A stretch of 64,000 nt of DNA from Eledone cirrhosa (taxonomy: Eukaryota): the NCBI GenBank assembly GCA_964016885.1, contig OZ024765.1, positions 23,684,001-23,748,000 on the forward strand. The letters run 5' to 3'. The position numbers and the translations under genes are program-made. Below the pieces are notes generated by a model. It was given only the letters and a program-made list of their open reading frames with translations, did not search any database and was not told the DNA's origin. Of this stretch, positions 37,104 through 52,100 are shown one piece after another. The first letter of the stretch is position 1, and the number at the start of each line of letters is the position of its first letter.

Positions 37104-40100
37104 TGGAAGCTATGAAGTAGGAAGACCTGTGATGAGGTGATAAAAGCTGACCCCAGACAATTGATGGAAGCTATGAAGTAGGAAGACCTGGGATGAGGTG
37201 ATAAAAGCTGACCTCACACAATTGATGGAAGCTATGAAGTAGGAAGACCTGGGATGAGGTGATAAAAGCTGACCTCCCACAATTGATGGAAGCTATGAAG
37301 TAGGAAGACCTGGGATGAGGTGATAAAAGCTGACCTCACGATTGATGGAAGTTATGAAGTAGGAAGATCTAGGATGAGGTGATAAAAGCTGACCTCAGAC
37401 AATTGATAGAAGCTATGAAGTAGGAAGAACTGAGATGAGGTGATAAAAGCTGACCTCACAACTGATGGAAGCTATGAAGTAGGAAGATCTAGGATGAGGT
37501 GATAAAAGCTGACCTCACGATTGATGGAAGTTATGAAGTAGGAAGATCTAGGATGAGGTGATAAAAACTGACCTCAGACAATTTATAGAAGCTATGAAGT
37601 AGGAAGACCTGGGATGAGGTGATAAAAGCTGACCTCAGACAATTGATGGAAGCTATGAAGTAGGAAGACCTGGGATGAGGTGATAAAAGCTGACCTCAGA
37701 CAATTGATGGAAGCTATGAAGTAGGAAGACCTGGGATGAGGTGATAAAAGCTGACCTCACACAACTGATGGAAGCTATGGAGTAGGAAGACCTGTGATGA
37801 GGTGATAAAAGCTGACCTCACACAACTGATAGAAGCTATGAAGTAGGAAGATCTGGGATGAGGTGATAAAAGCTGACCTCACACAATTGATCGAAGCTAT
37901 GAAGTAGGAAGACCTGGGATGAGGTGATAAAAGCTGACCTCAGACAATTGATCGAAGCTATGAAGTAGGAAGACCTGGGATGAGGTAATAAAAGCTGACC
38001 TCAGACAATTGATCGAAGCTATGAAGTAGGAAGACCTGGGATGAGGTAATAAAAGCTGACCTCAGACAATTGATCGAAGCTATGAAGTAGGAAGACCTGG
38101 GATGAGGTAATAAAAGCTGACCTCACACAATTGATCGAAGCTATGAAGTAGGAAGACCTGGGATGAGGTGATAAAAGCTGACCTCAGACAATTGATCGAA
38201 GCTATGAAGTAGGAAGACCTGGGATGAGGTAATAAAAGCTGACCTCAGACAATTGATCGAAGCTATGAAGTAGGAAGACCTGGGATGAGGTAATAAAAGC
38301 TGACCTCACACAATTGATCGAAGCTATGAAGTAGGAAGACCTGGGATGAGGTGATAAAAGCTGACCTCAGACAATTGATCGAAGCTATGAAGTAGGAAGA
38401 CCTGGGATGAGGTAATAAAAGCTGACCTCAGACAATTGATCGAAGCTATGAAGTAGGAAGACCTGGGATGAGGTAATAAAAGCTGACCTCAGACAATTGA
38501 TCGAAGCTATGAAGTAGGAAGACCTGGGATGAGGTGATAAAAGCTGACCTCAGACAATTGATCGAAGCTATGAAGTAGGAAGACCTGGGATGAGGTGATA
38601 AAAGCTGACCTCAGACAATTGATCGAAGCTATGAAGTAGGAAGACCTGGGATGAGGTGATAAAAGTTGACCTCACACAATTGATGGAAGCTATGAAGTAG
38701 GAAGACCTAGTTTGAGGTGATAAAAGCTGACCTCAGACAATTGATAGAAGCTATGAAGTAGGAAGACCTGGGATGAGGTGATAAAAGCTGACCTCACACA
38801 ACTGATGGAAGCTATGAAGTAGGAAGATCTATCATGAGGTGATAAAAGCTGACCTTACACAATTGATGGAAGCTATGAAGTAGGAAGACCTGGGATGAGG
38901 TGATAAAAGCTGACCTTACACAATTGATGGAAGCTATGGAGTAGGAAGACCTAGTTTGAGGTGATAAAAGCTGACCTCACACAATTGATGGAAGCTATGA
39001 AGCAGGAAGACCTGGGATGAGGTGATAAAAGCTGACCTCACATAATTGATGGAAGCTATGAAGTAGGAAGACCTGGGATGAGGTGATAAAAGCTGACCTC
39101 ACACAACTGATGGAAGCTATGAAGTAGGAAGATCTAGTTTGAGGTGATAAAAGCTCACCTCACACAATTGATGGAAGCTATGAAGTAGGAAGATCTAGGA
39201 TGAGGTGATAAAAGCTGACCTCAGATATTATTTATATTGAGAATACCTTAATATCAGTAAGAGTGGCTTGAACAGAAAAAGGGGACAGAATTCTGGTCGG
39301 TTTAAATGTTAAAGAGTTAATCAACTTTCAGTGGATTACGTTCCAATTTCCTGGAAGCTATACAGTAGGAAGACCTGGGATGAGGTGATAAAAGCTGACC
39401 TGACACAATTGATGGAAGCTATGAAGTAGGAAGACCTGGGATGAGGTGATAAAAGCTGACCTCACACAATTGATGGAAGCTATGGAGTAGGAAGACCTGG
39501 GATGAGGTGATAAAAGCTGAGCTCACACAACTGATGGAAGCTATGAAGTAGGAAGATCTAGGATGTGATAAAAGCTGACCTCAGACAATTGATGGAAGCT
39601 ATGAAGTAGGAAGACATAGTTTGAGGTGATAAAAGCTGGCCTCAGACAATTGATGGAAGCTATGAAGTAGGAAGACCTGGGATGAGGTGATAAAATCTGG
39701 CCTCACACAACTGATGGAAGCTATGAAGTAGGAAGACATAGTTTGAGGTGATAAAAGCTGACCTCAGACAATTGATGGAAGCTATGCCGTAGGAAGACCT
39801 GGGATGAGGTGATAAAAGCTGACCTCCCACAATTGATGGAAGCTATGAAGTAGGAAGATCTAGGATGAGGTGATAAAAGCTGACCTCACACAATTGATGG
39901 AAGCTATGAAGTAGGAAGATCTATCATGAGGTGATAAAAGCTGACCTCAGACAATTGATTTGAAGCTATGAAGTAGGAAGACCTGGGATGAGGTGATAAA
40001 AGCTGACCTCACACAATTGATGGAAGCTATGAAGTAGGAAGACCTGGGATGAGGTGATAAAAGCAGAGCTCCCACAATTGATGGAAGCTATGAAGTAGGA

Positions 40101-43100
40101 AGACCTGGGATGAGGTGATAAAAGCTGACCTGACACAATTGATGGAAGCTATGGAGCAGAAAGACCTAGGATGAGGTGATAAAAGCTGACCTCACGATTG
40201 ATGGAAGTTATGAAGTAGGAAGATCTAGGATGAGGTGATAAAAACTGACCTCAGACAATTGATAGAAGCTATGAAGTAGGAAGACCTGGGATGAGGTGAT
40301 AAAAGCTGACCTCAGACAATTGATGGAAGCTATGAAGTAGGAAGACCTGGGATGAGGTGATAAAAGCTGACCTCACACAATTGATGGAAGCTATGGAGTA
40401 GGAAGACCTGGGATGAGGTGATAAAAGCTGACCTCACACAATTGATGGAAGCTATGGAGTAGGAAGACCTGGGATGAGGTGATAAAAGCTGACCTCAGAC
40501 AATTGATGGAAGCTATGAAGTAGGAAGACCTGGGATGAGGTGATAAAAGCTGACCTCACACAACTGATGGAAGCTATGGAGTAGGAAGACCTGTGATGAG
40601 GTGATAAAAGCTGACCTCACACAACTGATGGAAGCTATGAAGTAGGAAGATCAAGGATGAGGTGATAAAAGCTGACCTCAGACAATTGATCGAAGCTATG
40701 AAGTAGGAAGACCTGGGATGAGGTAATAAAAGCTGACCTCACACAATTGATGGAAGCTATAGAGTAGGAAGACCTGGGATGAGGTGATAAAAGTTGACCT
40801 CACACAATTGATGGAAGCTATGAAGTAGGAAGACCTAGTTTGAGGTGATAAAAGCTGACCTCAGACAATTGATAGAAGCTATGAAGTAGGAAGACCTGGG
40901 ATGAGGTGATAAAAGCTGACCTCACACAACTGATGGAAGCTATGAAGTAGGAAGATCTATCATGAGGTGATAAAAGCTGACCTTACACAATTGATGGAAG
41001 CTATGAAGTAGGAAGACCTGGGATGAGGTTATAAAAGCTGACTTCACACAATTGATGGAAGCTATGAAGTAGGAAGACCTGGGATGAGGTGATAAAAGCT
41101 GACCTGACACATTTGATGGAAGCTATGGAGTAGGAAGACCTAGTTTGAGGTGATAAAAGCTGACCTCACACAATTGATGGAAGCTATGAAGCAGGAAGAC
41201 CTGGGATGAGGTGATAAAAGCTGACCTCACATAATTGATGGAAGCTATGAAGTAGGAAGACCTGGGATGAGGTGATAAAAGCTGACCTCACACAACTGAT
41301 GGAAGCTATGAAGTAGGAAGATCTAGTTTGAGGTGATAAAAGCTCACCTCACACAATTGATGGAAGCTATGAAGTAGGAAGATCTAGGATGAGGTGATAA
41401 AAGCTGACCTCAGACAACTGATGGAAGCTATGAAGTAGGAAGACCTGGGATGAGGTGATAAAAGCTGAGCTCACACAACTGATGGAAGCTATGAAGTAGG
41501 AAGATCTAGGATGAGGTGATAAAAGCTGACATCAGATATCATTTATATTGAGAATACCTTAATATCAGTAAGAGTGGCTTGAACAGAAAAAGGGGACAGA
41601 ATTCTGGTCGGTGTAAATGTTAAAGAGTTAATCAACTTTCAGTGGATTACGTTCCAATTTCCTGGAAGCTATACAGTAGGAAGACCTGGGATGAGGTGAT
41701 AAAAGCTGACCTGACACAATTGATGGAAGCTATGAAGTAGGAAGACCTGGGATGAGGTGATAAAAGCTGACCTCACACAATTGATGGAAGCTATGAAGTA
41801 GGAAGATCTAGGATGTGATAAAAGCTGACCTCAGACAATTGATGGAAGCTATGAAGTAGGAAGACATAGTTTGAGGTGATAAAAGCTGACCTCAGACAAT
41901 TGATGGAAGCTATGCCGTAGGAAGACCTGGGATGAGGTGATAAAAGCTGACCTCACACAATTGATGGAAGCTATGAAGTAGGAAGACATAGTTTGAGGTG
42001 ATAAAAGCTGACCTCAGACAATTGATGGAAGCTATGAAGTAGGAAGATCTAGGATGAGGTGATAAAAGCTGACCTCACACAATTGATGGAAGCTAGGAAG
42101 TAGGAAGATCTATCATGAGGTGATAAAAGCTGACCTCAGACAATTGATTTGAAGCTATGAAGTAGGAAGACCTGGGATGAGGTGATAAAAGCTGACCTCA
42201 CACAATTGATGGAAGCTATGAAGTAGGAAGACCTGGGATGAGGTGATAAAAGCAGAGCTCCCACAATTGATGGAAGCTATGAAGTAGGAAGACCTGGGAT
42301 GAGGTGATAAAAACTGACCTGACACAATTGATGGAAGCTATGGAGCAGAAAGACCTAGGATGAGGTGATAAAAGCTGACCTCACGATTGATGAAAGTTAT
42401 GAAGTAGGAAGATCTAGGATGAGGTGATAAAAACTGACCTCAGACAATTGATAGAAGCTATGAAGTAGGAAGACCTGGGATGAGGTGATAAAAGCTGACC
42501 TCAGACAATTGATGGAAGCTATGAAGTAGGAAGACCTGGGATGAGGTGATAAAAGCTGACCTCACACAATTGATGGAAGCTATGGAGTAGGAAGACCTGG
42601 GATGAGGTGATAAAAGCTGACCTCACACAATTGATGGAAGCTATGGAGTAGGAAGACCTGGGATGAGGTGATAAAAGCTGACCTCAGACAATTGATGGAA
42701 GCTATGAAGTAGGAAGACCTGGGATGAGGTGATAAAAGCTGACCTCACACAACTGATGGAAGCTATGGAGTAGGAAGACCTGTGATAAGGTGATAAAAGC
42801 TGACCTCACACAACTGATGGAAGCTATGAAGTAGGAAGATCAAGGATGAGGTGATAAAAGCTGACCTCAGACAATTGATCGAAGCTATGAAGTAGGAAGA
42901 CCTGGGATGAGGTAATAAAAGCTGACCTCACACAATTGATGGAAGCTATAGAGTAGGAAGACCTGGGATGAGGTGATAAAAGTTGACCTCACACAATTGA
43001 TGGAAGCTATGAAGTAGGAAGACCTGGGATGAGGTGATAAAAGCTGACCTCAGACAATTGATGGAAGCTATGAAGTAGGAAGACCTGGGATGAGGTGATA

Positions 43101-46100
43101 AAAGCTGACCTCACACAACTGATGGAAGCTATGAAGTAGGAAGATCTATCATGAGGTGATAAAAGCTGACCTTACACAATTGATGGAAGCTATGAAGTAG
43201 GAAGACCTGGGATGAGGTTATAAAAGCTGACTTCACACAATTGATGGAAGCTATGAAGTAGGAAGACCTGGGATGAGGTGATAAAAGCTGACCTGACACA
43301 ATTGATGGAAGCTATGGAGTAGGAAGACCTAGTTTGAGGTGATAAAAGCTGACCTCACACAATTGATGGAAGCTATGAAGCAGGAAGACCTGGGATGAGG
43401 TGATAAAAGCTGACCTCACATAATTGATGGAAGCTATGAAGTAGGAAGACCTGGGATGAGGTGATAAAAGCTGACCTCACACAACTGATGGAAGCTATGA
43501 AGCAGGAAGACCTGGGATGAGGTGATAAAAGCTGACCTCACATAATTGATGGAAGCTATGAAGTAGGAAGACCTGGGATGAGGTGATAAAAGCTGACCTC
43601 AGACAACTGATGGAAGCTATGAAGTAGGAAGACCTGGGATGAGGTGATAAAAGCTGAGCTCACACAACTGATGGAAGCTATGAAGTAGGAAGATCTAGGA
43701 TGAGGTGATAAAAGCTGACCTCAGATATTATTTATATTGAGAATACCTTAATATCAGTAAGAGTGGCTTGAACAGAAAAAGGGGACAGAATTCTGGTCGG
43801 TGTAAATGTTAAAGAGTTAATCAACTTTCAGTGGATTACGTTCCAATTTCCTGGAAGCTATACAGTAGGAAGACCTGGGATGAGGTGATAAAAGCTGACC
43901 TGACACAATTGATGGAAGCTATGAAGTAGGAAGACCTGGGATGAGGTGATAAAAGCTGACCTCACACAATTGATGGAAGCTATGAAGTAGGAAGATCTAG
44001 GATGTGATAAAAGCTGACCTCAGACAATTGATGGAAGCTATGAAGTAGGAAGACATAGTTTGAGGTGATAAAAGCTGACCTCAGACAATTGATGGAAGCT
44101 ATGAAGTAGGAAGACCTGGGATGAGGTGATAAAAGATGACCTCACACAACTGATGGAAGCTATGAAGTAGGAAGATCTAGGATGTGATAATAGCTGACCT
44201 CAGACAATTGATCGAAGCTATGAAGTAGGAAGACCTGGGATGAGGTGATAAAATCTGGCCTCACACAACTGATGGAAGCTATGAAGTAGGAAGACATAGT
44301 TTGAGGTGATAAAAGCTGACCTCAGACAATTGATGGAAGCTATGAAGTAGGAAGACCTGGGATGAGGTGATAAAAGCTGACCTCAGACAATTGATGGAAG
44401 CTATGCCGTAGGAAGACCTGGGATGAGGTGATAAAAGCTGACCTCACACAATTGATGGAAGCTATGAAGTAGGAAGACATAGTTTGAGGTGATAAAAGCT
44501 GACCTCAGACAATTGATGGAAGCTATGAAGTAGGAAGACCTGGGATGAGGTGATAAAAGCTGACCTCCCACAATTGATGGAAGCTATGAAGTAGGAAGAT
44601 CTATCATGAGGTGATAAAAGCTGACCTCAGACAATTGATTTGAAGCTATGAAGTAGGAAGACCTGGGATGAGGTGATAAAAGCTGACCTCACACAATTGA
44701 TGGAAGCTATGAAGTAGGAAGACCTGGGATGAGGTGATAAAAGCAGAGCTCCCACAATTGATGGAAGCTATGAAGTAGGAAGACCTGGGATGAGGTGATA
44801 AAAGCTGACCTGACACAATTGATGGAAGCTATGGAGCAGAAAGACCTAGGATGAGGTGATAAAAGCTGACCTCACGATTGATGGAAGTTATGAAGTAGGA
44901 AGATCTAGGATGAGGTGATAAAAACTGACCTCAGACAATTGATAGAAGCTATGAAGTAGGAAGACCTGGGATGAGGTGATAAAAGCTGACCTCAGACAAT
45001 TGATGGAAGCTATGAAGTAGGAAGACCTGGGATGAGGTGATAAAAGCTGACCTCACACAATTGATGGAAGCTATGGAGTAGGAAGACCTGGGATGAGGTG
45101 ATAAAAGCTGACCTCACACAATTGATGGAAGCTATGGAGTAGGAAGACCTGGGATGAGGTGATAAAAGCTGACCTCAGACAATTGATGGAAGCTATGAAG
45201 TAGGAAGACCTGGGATGAGGTGATAAAAGCTGACCTCACACAACTGATGGAAGCTATGGAGTAGGAAGACCTGTGATGAGGTGATAAAAGCTGACCTCAC
45301 ACAACTGATGGAAGCTATGAAGTAAGAAGATCAAGGATGAGGTGATAAAAGCTGACCTCAGACAATTGATCGAAGCTATGAATTAGGAAGACCTGGGATG
45401 AGGTAATAAAAGCTGACCTCACACAATTGATGGAAGCTATAGAGTAGGAAGACCTGGGATAAGGTGATAAAAGTTGACCTCACACAATTGATGGAAGCTA
45501 TGAAGTAGGAAGACCTAGTTTGAGGTGATAAAAGCTGACCTCAGACAATTGATAGAAGCTATGAAGTAGGAAGACCTGGGATGAGGTGATAAAAGCTGAC
45601 CTCACACAACTGATGAAAGCTATGAAGTAGGAAGATCTATCATGAGGTGATAAAAGCTGACCTTACACAATTGATGGAAGCTATGAAGTAGGAAGACCTG
45701 GGATGAGGTTATAAAAGCTGACTTCACACAATTGATGGAAGCTATGAAGTAGGAAGACCTGGGATGACGTGATAAAAGCTGACCTGACACAATTGATGGA
45801 AGTTATGTAGTAGGAAGACCTAGTTTGAGGTGATAAAAGCTGACCTCACACAATTGATGGAAGCTATGAAGCAGGAAGACCTGGGATGAGGTGATAAAAG
45901 CTGACCTCACATAATTGATGGAAGCTATGAAGTAGGAAGACCTGGGATGAGGTGATAAAAGCTGACCTCACACAACTGATGGAAGCTATGAAGTAGGAAG
46001 ATCTAGTTTGAGGTGATAAAAGCTCACCTCACACAATTGATGGAAGCTATGAAGTAGGAAGATCTAGGATGAGGTGATAAAAGCTGACCTCAGACAACTG

Positions 46101-49100
46101 ATGGAAGCTATGAAGTAGGAAGACCTGGGATGAGGTGATAAAAGCTAAGCTCACACAACTGATGGAAGCTATGAAGTAGGAAGATCTAGGATGAGGTGAT
46201 AAAAGCTGACCTCAGATATTATTTATATTGAGAATACCTTAATATCAGTAAGAGTGGCTTGAACAGAAAAAGGGGACAGAATTCTGGTCGGTTTAAATGT
46301 TAAAGAGTTAATCAACTTTCAGTGGATTACGTTCCAATTTCCTGGAAGCTATACAGTAGGAAGACCTGGGATGAGGTGATAAAAGCTGACCTGACACAAT
46401 TGATGGAAGCTATGAAGTAGGAAGACCTGGGATGAGGTGATAAAAGCTGACCTCAGACAATTGATGGAAGCTATGAAGTAGGAAGATCTAGGATGTGATA
46501 AAAGCTGACCTCAGACAATTGATGGAAGCTATGAAGTAGGAAGACATAGTTTGAGGTGATAACAGCTGACCTCAGACAATTGATGGAAGCTATGAAGTAG
46601 GAAGACCTGGGATGAGGTGATAAAAGCTGACCTCCCACAATTGATGGAAGCTATGAAGTAGGAAGATCTAGGATGAGGTGATAAAAGCTGACCTCACACA
46701 ATTGATGGAAGCTATGAAGTAGGAAGATCTATCATAAGGTGATAAAAGCTGACCTCAGACAATTGATTTGAAGCTATGAAGTAGGAAGACCTGGGATGAG
46801 GTGATAAAAGCTGACCTCACACAATTGATGGAAGCTATGAAGTAGGAAGACCTGGGATGAGGTGATAAAAGCAGAGCTCCCACAATTGATGGAAGCTATG
46901 AAGTAGGAAGACCTGGGATGAGGTGATAAAAGCTGACCTGACACAATTGATGGAAGCTATGGAGCAGAAAGACCTAGGATGAGGTGATAAAAGCTGACCT
47001 CACGATTGATGGAAGTTATGAAGTAGGAAGATCTAGGATGAGGTGATAAAAACTGACCTCAGACAATTGATAGAAGCTATGAAGTAGGAAGACCTGGGAT
47101 GAGGTGATAAAAGCTGACCTCAGACAATTGATGGAAGCTATGAAGTAGGAAGACCTGGGATGAGGTGATAAAAGCTGACCTCACACAATTGATGGAAGCT
47201 ATGGAGTAGGAAGACCTGGGATGAGGTGATAAAAGCTGACCTCACACAATTGATGGAAGCTATGGAGTAGGAAGACCTGGGATGAGGTGATAAAAGATGA
47301 CCTCACACAACTGATGGAAGCTATGAAGTAGGAAGATCAAGGATGAGGTGATAAAAGCTGACCTCAGACAATTGATGGAAGCTATGGAGTAGGAAGACAT
47401 AGTTTGAGGTGATAAAAGCTGACCTCAGACAATTGATGGAAGCTATGAAGTAGGAAGACCTGGGATGAGGTGATAAAAGATGACCTCACACAACTGATGG
47501 AAGCTATGAAGTAGGAAGATCTAGGATGTGATAATAGCTGACCTCAGACAATTGATCGAAGCTATGAAGTAGGAAGACCTGGGATGAGGTGATAAAATCT
47601 GGCCTCACACAACTGATGGAAGCTATGAAGTAGGAAGACATAGTTTGAGGTGATAAAAGCTGACCTCAGACAATTGATGGAAGCTATGAAGTAGGAAGAC
47701 CTGGGATGAGGTGATAAAAGCTGACCTCAGACAATTGATGGAAGCTATGCCGTAGGAAGACCTGGGATGAGGTGATAAAAGCTGACCTCACACAATTGAT
47801 GGAAGCTATGAAGTAGGAAGACATAGTTTGAGGTGATAAAAGCTGACCTCAGACAATTGATGGAAGCTATGAAGTAGGAAGACCTGGGATGAGGTGATAA
47901 AAGCTGACCTCCCACAATTGATGGAAGCTATGAAGTAGGAAGATCTATCATGAGGTGATAAAAGCTGACCTCAGACAATTGATTTGAAGCTATGAAGTAG
48001 GAAGACCTGGGATGAGGTGATAAAAGCTGACCTCACACAATTGATGGAAGCTATGAAGTAGGAAGACCTGGGATGAGGTGATAAAAGCAGAGCTCCCACA
48101 ATTGATGGAAGCTATGAAGTAGGAAGACCTGGGATGAGGTGATAAAAGCTGACCTGACACAATTGATGGAAGCTATGGAGCAGAAAGACCTAGGATGAGG
48201 TGATAAAAGCTGACCTCACGATTGATGGAAGTTATGAAGTAGGAAGATCTAGGATGAGGTGATAAAAACTGACCTCAGACAATTGATAGAAGCTATGAAG
48301 TAGGAAGACCTGGGATGAGGTGATAAAAGCTGACCTCAGACAATTGATGGAAGCTATGAAGTAGGAAGACCTGGGATGAGGTGATAAAAGCTGACCTCAC
48401 ACAATTGATGGAAGCTATGGAGTAGGAAGACCTGGGATGAGGTGATAAAAGCTGACCTCACACAATTGATGGAAGCTATGGAGTAGGAAGACCTGGGATG
48501 AGGTGATAAAAGCTGACCTCAGACAATTGATGGAAGCTATGAAGTAGGAAGACCTGGGATGAGGTGATAAAAGCTGACCTCACACAACTGATGGAAGCTA
48601 TGGAGTAGGAAGACCTGTGATGAGGTGATAAAAGCTGACCTCACACAACTGATGGAAGCTATGAAGTAAGAAGATCAAGGATGAGGTGATAAAAGCTGAC
48701 CTCAGACAATTGATCGAAGCTATGAATTAGGAAGACCTGGGATGAGGTAATAAAAGCTGACCTCACACAATTGATGGAAGCTATAGAGTAGGAAGACCTG
48801 GGATAAGGTGATAAAAGTTGACCTCACACAATTGATGGAAGCTATGAAGTAGGAAGACCTAGTTTGAGGTGATAAAAGCTGACCTCAGACAATTGATAGA
48901 AGCTATGAAGTAGGAAGACCTGGGATGAGGTGATAAAAGCTGACCTCACACAACTGATGAAAGCTATGAAGTAGGAAGATCTATCATGAGGTGATAAAAG
49001 CTGACCTTACACAATTGATGGAAGCTATGAAGTAGGAAGACCTGGGATGAGGTTATAAAAGCTGACTTCACACAATTGATGGAAGCTATGAAGTAGGAAG

Positions 49101-52100
49101 ACCTGGGATGACGTGATAAAAGCTGACCTGACACAATTGATGGAAGTTATGTAGTAGGAAGACCTAGTTTGAGGTGATAAAAGCTGACCTCACACAATTG
49201 ATGGAAGCTATGAAGCAGGAAGACCTGGGATGAGGTGATAAAAGCTGACCTCACATAATTGATGGAAGCTATGAAGTAGGAAGACCTGGGATGAGGTGAT
49301 AAAAGCTGACCTCACACAACTGATGGAAGCTATGAAGTAGGAAGATCTAGTTTGAGGTGATAAAAGCTCACCTCACACAATTGATGGAAGCTATGAAGTA
49401 GGAAGATCTAGGATGAGGTGATAAAAGCTGACCTCAGACAACTGATGGAAGCTATGAAGTAGGAAGACCTGGGATGAGGTGATAAAAGCTAAGCTCACAC
49501 AACTGATGGAAGCTATGAAGTAGGAAGATCTAGGATGAGGTGATAAAAGCTGACCTCAGATATTATTTATATTGAGAATACCTTAATATCAGTAAGAGTG
49601 GCTTGAACAGAAAAAGGGGACAGAATTCTGGTCGGTTTAAATGTTAAAGAGTTAATCAACTTTCAGTGGATTACGTTCCAATTTCCTGGAAGCTATACAG
49701 TAGGAAGACCTGGGATGAGGTGATAAAAGCTGACCTGACACAATTGATGGAAGCTATGAAGTAGGAAGACCTGGGATGAGGTGATAAAAGCTGACCTCAG
49801 ACAATTGATGGAAGCTATGAAGTAGGAAGATCTAGGATGTGATAAAAGCTGACCTCAGACAATTGATGGAAGCTATGAAGTAGGAAGACATAGTTTGAGG
49901 TGATAACAGCTGACCTCAGACAATTGATGGAAGCTATGAAGTAGGAAGACCTGGGATGAGGTGATAAAAGCTGACCTCCCACAATTGATGGAAGCTATGA
50001 AGTAGGAAGATCTAGGATGAGGTGATAAAAGCTGACCTCACACAATTGATGGAAGCTATGAAGTAGGAAGATCTATCATAAGGTGATAAAAGCTGACCTC
50101 AGACAATTGATTTGAAGCTATGAAGTAGGAAGACCTGGGATGAGGTGATAAAAGCTGACCTCACACAATTGATGGAAGCTATGAAGTAGGAAGACCTGGG
50201 ATGAGGTGATAAAAGCAGAGCTCCCACAATTGATGGAAGCTATGAAGTAGGAAGACCTGGGATGAGGTGATAAAAGCTGACCTGACACAATTGATGGAAG
50301 CTATGGAGCAGAAAGACCTAGGATGAGGTGATAAAAGCTGACCTCACGATTGATGGAAGTTATGAAGTAGGAAGATCTAGGATGAGGTGATAAAAACTGA
50401 CCTCAGACAATTGATAGAAGCTATGAAGTAGGAAGACCTGGGATGAGGTGATAAAAGCTGACCTCAGACAATTGATGGAAGCTATGAAGTAGGAAGACCT
50501 GGGATGAGGTGATAAAAGCTGACCTCACACAATTGATGGAAGCTATGGAGTAGGAAGACCTGGGATGAGGTGATAAAAGCTGACCTCACACAATTGATGG
50601 AAGCTATGGAGTAGGAAGACCTGGGATGAGGTGATAAAAGATGACCTCACACAACTGATGGAAGCTATGAAGTAGGAAGATCAAGGATGAGGTGATAAAA
50701 GCTGACCTCAGACAATTGATGGAAGCTATGGAGTAGGAAGACCTGGGATGAGGTGATAAAAGCTGACCTCACACAATTGATGGAAGCTATGAAGTAGGAA
50801 GACCTGGGATGAGGTGATAAAAGCTGACCTCAGACAATTGATGGAAGCTATGAAGTAGGAAGACCTGGGATGAGGTGATAAAAGCTGACCTCACACAACT
50901 GATGGAAGCTATGGAGTAGGAAGACCTGTGATGAGGTGATAAAAGATGACCTCACACAACTGATGGAAGCTATGAAGTAGGAAGATCAAGGATGAGGTGA
51001 TAAAAGCTGACCTCAGACAATTGATGGAAGCTATAGAGTAGGAAGACCTGGGATGAGGTGATAAAAGTTGACCTCACACAATTGATGGAAGCTATGAAGT
51101 AGGAAGACCTAGTTTGAGGTGATAAAAGCTGACCTCAGACAATTGATAGAAGCTATGAAGTAGGAAGACCTGGGATGAGGTGATAAAAGCTGACCTGACA
51201 CAATTGATGGAAGTTATGGAGTAGGAAGACCTAGTTTGAGGTGATAAAAGCTGACCTCACACAATTGATGGAAGCTATGAAGCAGGAAGACCTGGGATGA
51301 GGTGATAAAAGCTGACCTCACATAATTGATGGAAGCTATGAAGTAGGAAGACCTGGGATGAGGTGATAAAAGCTGACCTCACACAACTGATGGAAGCTAT
51401 GAAGTAGGAAGATCTAGTTTGAGGTGATAAAAGCTGAGCTCACACAACTGATGGAAGCTATGAAGTAGGAAGATCTAGGATGAGGTGATAAAAGCTGACC
51501 TCAGACAACTGATGGAAGCTATGAAGTAGGAAGACCTGGGATGAGGTGATAAAAGCTAAGCTCACACAACTGATGGAAGCTATGAAGTAGGAAGATCTAG
51601 GATGAGGTGATAAAAGCTGACCTCAGATATTATTTATATTGAGAATACCTTAATATCAGTAAGAGTGGCTTGAACAGAAAAAGGGGACAGAATTCTGGTC
51701 GGTTTAAATGTTAAAGAGTTAATCAACTTTCAGTGGATTACGTTCCAATTTCCTGGAAGCTATACAGTAGGAAGACCTGGGATGAGGTGATAAAAGCTGA
51801 CCTGACACAATTGATGGAAGCTATGAAGTAGGAAGACCTGGGATGAGGTGATAAAAGCTGACCTCACACAATTGATGGAAGCTATGAAGTAGGAAGATCT
51901 AGGATGTGATAAAAGCTGACCTCAGACAATTGATGGAAGCTATGAAGTAGGAAGACATAGTTTGAGGTGATAAAAGCTGACCTCAGACAATTGATGGAAG
52001 CTATGAAGTAGGAAGACCTGGGATGAGGTGATAAAAGCTGACCTTACACAATTGATGGAAGCTATGAAGTAGGAAGATCTAGGATGTGATAAAAGCTGAC

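Larger units (their letters stand above)
30120..37170. repeat. Segmental duplication copy B
   Basis: See copy A. Copy B has extra sequence at ~31330-32330 and ~32690-33120, and 7 more zinc fingers. Confidence 0.92.
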
